Source of the DNA: Candidatus Thorarchaeota archaeon
GTDB taxonomy: Archaea > Asgardarchaeota > Thorarchaeia > Thorarchaeales > Thorarchaeaceae
Direction: 5' to 3'
Length of the DNA stretch: 30,979 nucleotides
Assembly (NCBI GenBank): GCA_003345595.1
Contig: PRDI01000115.1
Coordinates: 1-30,979, forward strand
The position numbers and the translations under genes were made by a program. Below are positions 17,890 to 26,500 of this stretch, in pieces. The notes under the pieces are model-generated. The model was given only the letters and a program-made list of their open reading frames with translations. It searched no databases and was not told where the DNA came from. Numbering within the stretch: position 1 is the stretch's first letter; each line of letters begins with the position of its first letter.

Positions 17890-18279
17890 GTGAGTGCCAA
17901 ATCCACATACGAGGTGGATGCGTTCTCCAGTGCTGATGATGCAAGAGTAGCGAGCACAGAACCTGCCGAGAAGCCTTCTTTTGAGAGCCTTGCTGCAACG
18001 TTCTTCAGACTAGCAGAGGCCCGGCTGAGTGACACACAGAAGACAGTACTGAAAATGAGTGCCGAGTTGCTCAGGTTCCATGACCTGACAGTAACCGCTC
18101 TTGCGGATCATGTGTCACGAAGAAGCGGGGTACCATACAGCACAGTCAAGTGGAACCTACATTCTCTCATCGACCTGGGTCTATTGGTCGGGGGTGACAT
18201 GGTAAGCAGGGGTGTTCAGGCATACCTGACAGCGACGGCGAAAATGCTTGCCGCGTATCTCGAGCAAGCTGGCTGCTAG
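17890..18279 (+). CDS. Winged helix-turn-helix protein
   Basis: LSDTQKTVL...TVTALADHVSRRSGVPYSTVKWNLHSLIDLGLL...AYLT wHTH pattern; start uncertain. Confidence 0.8.
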   Translation: MSAKSTYEVDAFSSADDARVASTEPAEKPSFESLAATFFRLAEARLSDTQKTVLKMSAELLRFHDLTVTALADHVSRRSGVPYSTVKWNLHSLIDLGLLVGGDMVSRGVQAYLTATAKMLAAYLEQAGC

Positions 18280-18350
18280 GAGATGGGGCTGTGATACGGT
18301 CCCTCTTCTCAGCCGATTCACAGCGTCCGAATGTTGAGGGGTGCTGCCCC

Positions 18351-18396
18351 GGCCTCGATCAGTACCTTTCAGCTTTGCGCACTGACTTCATCGGCC
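18351..18396 (-). promoter_or_regulatory. Eukaryote-like SECIS element
   Basis: Minus-strand RNA GGCC-G-AUGA-A-GUCAGUGC-GC-AAA-GCUGAAAG-GUACUGAU-C-GA-GGCC. It has a lower stem GGCC/GGCC, a 3-nt bulge, tandem GA/GA, an 8-bp upper stem, and AAA exactly 11 nt after AUGA. Confidence 0.8.
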
Positions 18397-19194
18397 CATT
18401 GTCCTAGTGAAGAGCTCCCATCCTCTCGTGATGAGATCTCTTGCTTCATCAAGCTTCACAGCGGAAGCGAGTATGAGCTCCACTGAGTGACTCTTGCTGG
18501 GCGACATGTCTCCGAGGTTCCATTGCAGACCAGTCGCGATATCCTTCGGACCTTCCAAGGTGTTGTTCACTAGCTGGCCTCTTGAGTCATCAAGCCTCAT
18601 GCGTGTTGGGGTCGATATCTCCCAGGCCTGTGGGTCAGGCCGCGATGCCATCAGGACATGGACTGGGCTGTTGTCCCATACATGGAGTGTCCTTGTGTCT
18701 GTTTCGAACGATCCGAAGTCGTCGTTATAGCTGCTTGCGCCGCCGATGTCAAAGTCCATGAAGTTGTAGAGTTTCATGTCTCCGACGGTCCTTGTGCTCA
18801 CGTTGATTGCCGTGCAACGGACGAGCATGATGGGCTCGTTATAGCTCCAGAGTTCGATTCCGAGCTCTAGGACTGGAACACTCTCTTCTTGTTGAGAACA
18901 GCTCAGGCCGACTCTCAGCTTCTGTCCTTCCCGCTTGTTTTCTTTCACGGAGATACCGGTGACTTCTGTGGAACTGAAACGGTGTTGCCGTCCACCCACC
19001 CTGTAGGTTCCCCAGAACCCTCCTTGGTATTCTGCTGGGTTTCTCAGCAGCAGGTGCTCGGCACCGTTCGAATCGATCAGGCTGAGACGCTTGATGTAGA
19101 AGCCAAAGCGACCCCTTCCTCAGGACGAACATTCGACTGCATAGGCAATGTCCAGTCTCGGAGTGCGGTTGCCGGTTTCCAGAATCTCAGACAT
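18388..19194 (-). CDS. Putative selenoprotein, 268 aa, CxxU motif (Sec25, UGA at 19122-19120), beta-sandwich-like body
   Basis: ATG at 19194 reads MSEILETGNRTPRLDIAYAVECSS-UGA-GRGRFGFYIKRLSL...GTYR and continues in frame into the listed 18999..18388 ORF. TATA upstream and SECIS downstream. Confidence 0.82.
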
Positions 19195-19232
19195 GCCGAT
19201 CACTGGTCCATTCCACGAAGACTGCTCGTTCG

Positions 19233-19240
19233 ATATAAAA
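19233..19240 (-). promoter_or_regulatory. TATA box for the putative selenoprotein gene
   Basis: TTTTATAT on the minus strand about 40 nt upstream of ATG 19194; GTGAT SD-like element just before the ATG. Confidence 0.6.
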
Positions 19241-19360
19241 CTAGTCCGGTGAGGCTCACCAGACATGATCGAACTGCCTAAGCACTAAGGGATTGACGCA
19301 GTGTGACCTGAGCGCAAAGCTTGATAAACCGCTCAGGAGAGCCGCTATCGCTCTGGATGT

Positions 19361-20605
19361 GTGACGGCCATGCCGACTCTCACTATCGATCAGCTCGAGA
19401 AGTGGTACAGGAAACGTCTTGCAGACAAGTCAAAGGACTTCGTGAAGCTCGCTGAGAGGAGCTACAAGGCTGTTGAGAGGTCACTGAAGGATGTCGAAGC
19501 AATTGCCAAGGAACTGAAAGAGGCAAGTGCCGAAGAAGACGCTGAGTCAACCGGGATAGCGTCGCGTTTTGCCCTGAAGATAAGCGAGATCGTACGCGAC
19601 TTCGATGTGAAGAAGACTATCACGTATGAAAGCACCGAAGCCATGCAAGCAGAGATACAGCGTTTCATCCAAGAGCTTTGGGGCGCGGGCCGTCGCTGGA
19701 TAGGAAGGATGGACAAGAAGCACAAGTCATCAATCAAGTCACTAGACGTCTACATGAAGGATCTTTCGCTAGAGATGAAGAAGATAGGCAAGCTTCTGTA
19801 TGACTTCAGCTGGCTCAAAGACCTTGAACGCATCGAAGGCAGAATTCAGGCATTCCGTGAGCTGACTCTCGGAAGGGAGAACTTCGATGAGCAGGTACGC
19901 CAAGTCAGGCTCAAGATTAACACAGCCAAGTCTGAGTCTGCAGTGGCAAACGCAGCTTATGAGGAATTCAAACGATCATCAAATGTAGCTGAGCTCCTGA
20001 GTGTGGATGAGGAGTCGGAGCGGGTTTCCAGCATTCTCAGGATGAAACTGAACCCACTTAAGAAGCAGGTGAAGGCCTTTCTACAGAAAGACACAGGCAT
20101 CCGTGTTGGAGCATCGGGACAAAAGGCTCTCATCGACTACTTCGAGGACCCTCTGCTTGCCATTGCGCAGGACGCCGACGGCTACGCATCTCTTGTCGAA
20201 GGCTTGGAGGGATTGAGGGAGGCTCTTGAGGACGGCAAGCTCATGTTGAAGGATAGACTCGAGAGAAGGGCGATTGAAGAGATAGACGACATAAAGAACG
20301 GTTCGCTGCGAGATCTTCAGGCCCAGGCCAAGGCACTTGATGAGAAACGGCATCGCTTCGTCGACTCGGAGATTCATGCCAAGAACAAGGAGATGGCAGC
20401 AGCTGTCCAAGAGGCGGCGAAGAACCTTGAGTATCATTGCAGTGACCTTCTCAGAATGAGGGATGAGATTACACGTCAGCTTGAGAAGATCAAAGAGTCA
20501 AAGAGCCGTATAGAGAATGACATAATGACCGCCTTTGGAGAGCAGGTCACTGTGGACGTGGGAGTGACACTTGAGCCTATTCTTGAGAAGTGCAATGTCG
20601 AATAG
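19361..20605 (+). CDS. Hypothetical coiled-coil protein
   Basis: 414 aa, K/E/L-rich heptad character; no NTPase motif seen. Confidence 0.8.
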   Translation: MTAMPTLTIDQLEKWYRKRLADKSKDFVKLAERSYKAVERSLKDVEAIAKELKEASAEEDAESTGIASRFALKISEIVRDFDVKKTITYESTEAMQAEIQRFIQELWGAGRRWIGRMDKKHKSSIKSLDVYMKDLSLEMKKIGKLLYDFSWLKDLERIEGRIQAFRELTLGRENFDEQVRQVRLKINTAKSESAVANAAYEEFKRSSNVAELLSVDEESERVSSILRMKLNPLKKQVKAFLQKDTGIRVGASGQKALIDYFEDPLLAIAQDADGYASLVEGLEGLREALEDGKLMLKDRLERRAIEEIDDIKNGSLRDLQAQAKALDEKRHRFVDSEIHAKNKEMAAAVQEAAKNLEYHCSDLLRMRDEITRQLEKIKESKSRIENDIMTAFGEQVTVDVGVTLEPILEKCNVE

Positions 20606-20620
20606 GGGGTTTCTGGCCCT

Positions 20621-21445
20621 TTGAGAGTACTTGTCACTTCGGAGCGTGACATCGCCAGTCAGACCATCCGCGATGTCCTCATTGAGGAGCATGGGTTCCG
20701 TGAAACGGGACAGACTTTCGAGGGCCATCCCGTCATGAGTCTGAATGGGTCAACACTTCTTGTCACTTCGAGCCGGGACTTGACCATGTGTGACCATCTC
20801 GAAGAGCACTTCAAGTCTGAGGTCTTTGTCTTCTGTTCTCGTCATAGGGCTCAGTCAGGCCGGCCTGCCCTGCTAGTGCATAGCACAGGCAATTTCGGAA
20901 ACGAAGCACTGTTCGGCGGTTCGCCTCGGCAACTCTCGGTTTCCATTGCATCGCTTGTATCCTCAGCTTTGACAAGGCTTCAGCGAGAGCAAAAGGAGAG
21001 AGGGCTCATGAACTTCGATGTTACGATGGAAGTCACTCACCATGGACCAACCTCCATGGAAACTCCTCTGTTATTCGTTGAGCTCGGCAGTGATGAGGCG
21101 TGTTGGCGGAACAGGGAGGGTGCCCGTGCCGTGGCAGCAGCGGCGCTAGAATGCACAAAGGAGCCTATTACGGGCGACGCTGCAATCGGGTTCGGCGGCA
21201 CTCACTATGCGAGCAAGTTCACTGGTCTTGCCCTCGCCGGGTCATTCAGAATCGGTCACATAGCCCCCAAATATGCTCTCGATGACATTACTGATGATGT
21301 AGTACATCAAATGGTCGAGCGTGCGAGAGAGAAAGTCAGTGCTGCCCTCATAGACTGGAAGGGAACCAACGCAGAGCAGCGGGCAAGGATCATGCCAATG
21401 ATTGATAACCTCGGCCTAGAGATAGTCCGTGCAAGAGGGGCCTAG
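20621..21445 (+). CDS. dtdA: D-aminoacyl-tRNA deacylase (archaeal DTD2/GEK1 type)
   Basis: SRH, LLVHSTGN, EVTHHGPT, FVELGS and GFGGTHY motifs. Confidence 0.93.
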   Translation: MRVLVTSERDIASQTIRDVLIEEHGFRETGQTFEGHPVMSLNGSTLLVTSSRDLTMCDHLEEHFKSEVFVFCSRHRAQSGRPALLVHSTGNFGNEALFGGSPRQLSVSIASLVSSALTRLQREQKERGLMNFDVTMEVTHHGPTSMETPLLFVELGSDEACWRNREGARAVAAAALECTKEPITGDAAIGFGGTHYASKFTGLALAGSFRIGHIAPKYALDDITDDVVHQMVERAREKVSAALIDWKGTNAEQRARIMPMIDNLGLEIVRARGA

Positions 21446-21525
21446 GGCTTTGCCTATTCGGTATTCTGGGCGAGGTGGCACCTAGACGTCCTTCTGTATG
21501 CTCGGAGAAAGTCTAAATACGCGTC

Positions 21526-22503
21526 ATGCTCCTGATGCACATCAACGCCACCAACGTAGGGGTCATAATGCCAGAAGGATCACTTGCGGACCTTGAGAAG
21601 AAAGTTGACCGTCTGAAGGATGAGCTTGACGATATCAAAAGTGATGTTAAGGCTCTGTCTCAACTCCCATCAATTGCTGAGGGTGTAGAGTCAATCGGAT
21701 CGGAGATGGCAAAGCTCCAAGCACAATCATCAATGAGCGACAAGCTGGAGGAGCTTTTGTCATATACACAGAGTATTGAATCGAGCATGAAGGAGGTTGC
21801 TGGTTCAAAAGAGACGGAGGTACTCTTCAAGAAGATAGATGACATACTCATCTCGGTCAAGGACCTCGGCTCGAGTTCCCAAGAGATTGGCGGACTAGAA
21901 GGAGAAACCACTCTGGGTAAGAAGATTGACGATCTTCAGCACTATGTTGCGAGTCTGTCAACACTGGAGGAGAAGTTCGGAGATCTCTCTGATGCCTTTG
22001 CTGAAACGAAGGAGATCGTCGGGATAATTGTAAGACAGCTGGACGACATCGAGCGCAAGTACAACAAGACTCTCGAGGACGTCAACAAGGCCCTTGAGAT
22101 GGTTCTGAAGGTTACGGGAGTAGGCGCCAAGGTGGAACCCGCGAAAGCCACTCCGAAAGCAGAGTCGAAAGAGCCGCAACCCACGGAGTCTGCTCATACC
22201 GAGGAACCCGGCAGTGACGTGTCGACGACAGCCTCAGTTGATGAGCTCATTGACGGCCTTCTGAAGCTAGTTCGGCCACGGACCAATGCTGACCGAATGT
22301 CAAGGGCGCTGGAGGACACTAGGGACAAACTGACTGCGCTCGTGCCGAGTGGCACCCCAGTCCTCTACCAGTTTGGCAAGTTTGCACGCGAGCTGAAATC
22401 GTATCCGCCAACAGCTACTCTGAATGAGAATGACATAGCCCGCCTCAACAAGGAAATACGGGGTTGGGCTCAGAAGCTAAAGGAGCTTGCTAAGAGCGAT
22501 TAG
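21526..22503 (+). CDS. Hypothetical coiled-coil protein with small C-terminal helical domain
   Basis: Long acidic heptad region, Pro/Ala/Glu linker and compact C-terminal domain; start may be ATG 21568. Confidence 0.8.
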   Translation: MLLMHINATNVGVIMPEGSLADLEKKVDRLKDELDDIKSDVKALSQLPSIAEGVESIGSEMAKLQAQSSMSDKLEELLSYTQSIESSMKEVAGSKETEVLFKKIDDILISVKDLGSSSQEIGGLEGETTLGKKIDDLQHYVASLSTLEEKFGDLSDAFAETKEIVGIIVRQLDDIERKYNKTLEDVNKALEMVLKVTGVGAKVEPAKATPKAESKEPQPTESAHTEEPGSDVSTTASVDELIDGLLKLVRPRTNADRMSRALEDTRDKLTALVPSGTPVLYQFGKFARELKSYPPTATLNENDIARLNKEIRGWAQKLKELAKSD

Positions 22504-22700
22504 GGTTGATATGTCCGAGGTTCAGCTCGTCACTCATGAAAAACGCACTCGGAATGTCTTCGTGTATGTTCCATAACTTTATCATGCAAAACCTCAGATG
22601 CGCATCCGCAATTCGAATGCGATAGGCACAGCGAGCAGCAGGTACGGCTGCTGAAACCGAGAACTGCATCAGAGTACTTGTCATTGGAGTTGAGACCGCG

Positions 22701-23513
22701 ATGGACTACGAGAAGCACGACAACGCACTGGCCTCGAGGATGAGGCTGCTCGACAAGACCGCAGACACTCAACTCGCAAAAGAACTGATGCAACTTCACA
22801 AGAAGAAGTGCACTGACTGTCAGGAAGACAGGCTTGGCTGCACTGTTCGCCCAGCCTGCAAGGACCGCAACTTCCTGATAATGCTCATTGAACTTGGTGT
22901 TGAGCCGCCAGACCTCCCGAGCTTCTGTTACTCCCAGTACCTTGACCAAGTGAAGCGTTTCATACTTGAGCGAAAGGGCCGGGATATGATCGACCGCAGG
23001 ATCCCGATTAAGGATCTGCTCTCTGTCCTGAACATGGGCTCAATCAGGCAGTTCACAACTAGGTTCTCTAAGATCTGGTCTCGGTCCTCTGCAGTCCGGG
23101 AGGACAATGTCATGATCGTGATTGGAGACGAGTTGCTGTTCCATTTCGATTTTGCGCGTGGCATAGTCACGCTGAACCCAGATCACTTTCCGATTGGGAA
23201 TTTCCACTTGCTTAAGCTTTACGTGAATTTGCTGTCAGAGCACTACGGACTGACTTCTAGAGTATCAGACACCACTCGCAACTGGTGGGTTCTTCGCATG
23301 GACTTGACCGATGGAAGGTCCGAGGATGAGCTGAACTCATTATCTTCGATTCTTGACAATCGCATTGAGTCCATGAATGTGAGCTCCTCGAATCGTGGCA
23401 TGGTCTTGCAGATAGAAATCATTGATGATGGACACACGCCTCATTTCGAGGTGGGCGATCTCAAGAGAGTCTTTGCCTTCGCCTCGAAACAGGGCAGAGA
23501 AACACCAGCCTAG
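22701..23513 (+). CDS. Hypothetical protein with N-terminal Cys cluster
   Basis: HKKKCTDCQEDRLGCTVRPAC...FCY; ends 5 nt before the next gene. Confidence 0.8.
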   Translation: MDYEKHDNALASRMRLLDKTADTQLAKELMQLHKKKCTDCQEDRLGCTVRPACKDRNFLIMLIELGVEPPDLPSFCYSQYLDQVKRFILERKGRDMIDRRIPIKDLLSVLNMGSIRQFTTRFSKIWSRSSAVREDNVMIVIGDELLFHFDFARGIVTLNPDHFPIGNFHLLKLYVNLLSEHYGLTSRVSDTTRNWWVLRMDLTDGRSEDELNSLSSILDNRIESMNVSSSNRGMVLQIEIIDDGHTPHFEVGDLKRVFAFASKQGRETPA

Positions 23514-23518
23514 CGACC

Positions 23519-26500
23519 TTGCTGGCCGCACTTAACGCAAAGATGGGTGAACACGCCTTGAGTAAGAAAGGGCAAAATGAAACTATCACGAAAGCACTGG
23601 AGAAGAGCCTTGGGATAGGTGAAGTTGATGCCAAGGCCTTGACTGCAGTGCTAATGGGCGGAAACATGACCGCGGGGGCCGTTTCGATTCTTGCCGGTGA
23701 AAATCTGCATGATGTGGAGGCGGCCTTGGAGAATCTCCACGGTAAAGGCCTTGTCGTTCGAATGGATAGTGTTGTGCCTGTCTACAGGGGAGTATCTCCC
23801 GCGATTTCAGCTGTGGAGAGCCTAGCCGCGACAGCTCACAAGATCAGGCCATTGATTGACCTGTCGCAGTCAACTCACAAAGTCTATGATGAGTCTCTGA
23901 CCACAGCCATGGAAGGACTGCAGTCCTCGCGGAAGGGCTTGGTGTCTGAGCTTGGAATCGCGCTTGACAATTATGAGTCGACAGTCCTCGAAGGCATGCG
24001 GACTAGTTGCGGAAGCATGATCGAGTCTGTTCGCCAAGTGTTCATTACATTCTCTCAGGATGTCAGTACGTCGTTCGCTGAAACGCTCGAGAGCGTGGAT
24101 GGGGGGTTTGTCGCTGGTTGCTCGAATCTTCGGATTGAGCTCGAAGCAGTTCAGAAGCAGTTGCAGACAGAACTGGATGATATCAGCAGGGAGTTTGGCC
24201 AGTCGATTGCGGCTCAATCCTCTTCCTCATTAGAGTCGATGACTGACTTCGGCAAGAAAACCAAGGCACTTGCCCAGAAGACGAAGTCCGCCACAAAGGA
24301 TGCCATTGCAAGCGCCGTTCAGGGGTTTCATGATGCAGCCGCAGAGGCAGCTGCCCAAGTCGACGCGGCTTCTTCCGGGGTTGCTGATCAGACTGTAGCA
24401 GCCCTTACTGCAGTATCACAGGAAACAGACCAGCTATTGGAGCAGTTCAATTCCGAATTGGATAAGGCGCGTGATGATGCACAGAACTACCTTGCTGCCC
24501 TTGTGGCGCAGGCACGCGAGCTCTCAGGCGACGTCGCTGGCACTGCTCGTGGCAAGGTTGAGGAAGCGCAGGCAGTCATCGGCTCGGTGGTTCCTGACGT
24601 TGACTCGTGGGGAAAGGAAACTGGTGACTTCATGAACTCTGCAGCCCAGACAGTGGTCGCTCAGCTTGATCAGGTGAGCTCCACGAATGCCGGCTACCTT
24701 GACGGAATGAAAAGCAGCATAGCAGCATACTTGGATAGAGCAGGCTCTACGCTTGGAGGCTCCTACAGCTCAGTCAAGAATCTGTCTTCGGAGTGCCAAG
24801 CTGCCATGGAAAAGCATGTCGGAGACTCTAACGCATCACTGCTGAAGATAATGCAGGCCTTGTCTTCCACCAATGAGGAGCGGATACGCATTACATCAGA
24901 GTCCCTACTATCGGGGCTCGACAAATGGATCGGTGACATAGGACGGAACATCGAGAAGAAGATGACGCAAGCCGGCAAGGATGTCACTATTGGCCTTGAC
25001 GCAGAAACCAAGACGTTTTCTTCAATGACAGCGGACATAGCAAGCAGGCTGAGCACGGCCCTTGGCACCGTAGTATCTGATACCGCCGGCAAGAACAAGT
25101 CCCTCATGACGAAGGCAAGGAAGATCGCTCGTGAATTCGAAACCGATGTAGCGACCGGACTAAGCGAAACCCTTTCTCAGCTGGCATCGTCAGCAGGTTC
25201 ACAGACAGTGGAAGCCAAAGAACTCTATGATAGCATGAACTCGTTGCTTGACTCCCATATGACACAGAGCCTCTCGACATTGAGTTCTTACTCGGACAAG
25301 GTCCAGAAGCAGATCGATAGCACAATCGATGAGCAGATGGCGAGGTTAGAGAGTCACGCCCAGGGAATTCGAGAAGACTTCCACGCGCACATCGGTGAGA
25401 TGACAAAGGAGTTCCTTACAGCAGCCCAAAGCATGCAGGCAGCTTTCAACGGTATGCTCTCAAGCAAGAGTCTTGAAACCCGCGACTCCCTGAGCTCTGC
25501 GCAGACGGAGTTCAAGAACGCGATAAAGACCGAAATGGCTGAGCTACAAGAGGGCTCTGTGAAGATTCAACAGGAATATGCATCTGGTATAGCCGCCAGG
25601 GTCGAGGAGGTCACCGCCTCGCATCAGGCAATGAAGCAATCTCTCGAGGACATCACCACCAAACGACAGTCCGATTTCTCTGAAGGCTTGGCAGACACGC
25701 TCAGTGCGATTGAGGCAGTCATCGCGGATGTTGAGGGCAGACTGAAGGAGATTCAGTCAGACACTGGAGCGTCTTCATCCACGAGCAAGGCCAAGTCGCT
25801 CTTGACGAAGGCCAAGAAACTTGCACGAGAATTCGAGGCCGATGTAGCGACCAGGCTCAGTCAAACCGCCTCCCAGTTTGCTTCAGCAGCCGGCTCACAA
25901 GCAAAACAGGCGAAAGCACTCTACGAGAGCTTGAACTCATTGCTCGACTCCCATCTGACACAGAGTGTGTCGACACTGAGTTCGTATGCTGACAGACTGC
26001 AAAAGCAAATTGATGGCACAGTCGATGAGGAAATGGCAAGGATAGAGACTAATGCCCTAGGAATTCGAGAGGATTTCCATTTCCACGTTGAAGAGATAAC
26101 GAAACAGTTTCTCACGATGGCTGAGAACGTGGAGTCGGCATTCAATGGTCTGCTCTCGGGCCAGAGTCTTGAAACCCGGGACTCCCTGAGCTCTGCGCAG
26201 ACGGAGTTCAAGAGCGCTATCCGGTCCGAACTAGCCAGTCTACAAGAGGGCTCGGTGAAGATCCAAAAGGAGTATGCTTCCGGCTTGACCGCCAAAGTCG
26301 AGCAAATCACTGCCTCACATCAGGAAATGAAGAAGTCGCTTAAAGACATGGCTGCCGAACGGCAGTCCGATCTATCTCAGAAACTGACAGGTATTGTCGG
26401 CGCGTTCGAGGGAGTCGTTGCGGACGTTGATGCCAGACTGGGAGACATTCAATCGGTCACGATCCCGCAGGTGAGTCAGGAACTTGCTAACGCATCGAAT

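Noticed and set aside
17931-17990. C-U-U-C reading of the uORF as a multi-Sec peptide
   Set aside because: These TGA/TGC codons are the expected off-frame shadow of the wHTH coding sequence (GCT GAT GAT GCA), and I found no plus-strand SECIS.
18388-19194. Interpreting the in-frame TGA as a pseudogene nonsense mutation, or accepting the short 203-aa ORF
   Set aside because: The single stop is specifically UGA, sits in CxxU, and coincides with a SECIS-like hairpin and a promoter upstream of ATG 19194. This joint pattern fits recoding better, though it is not proven.
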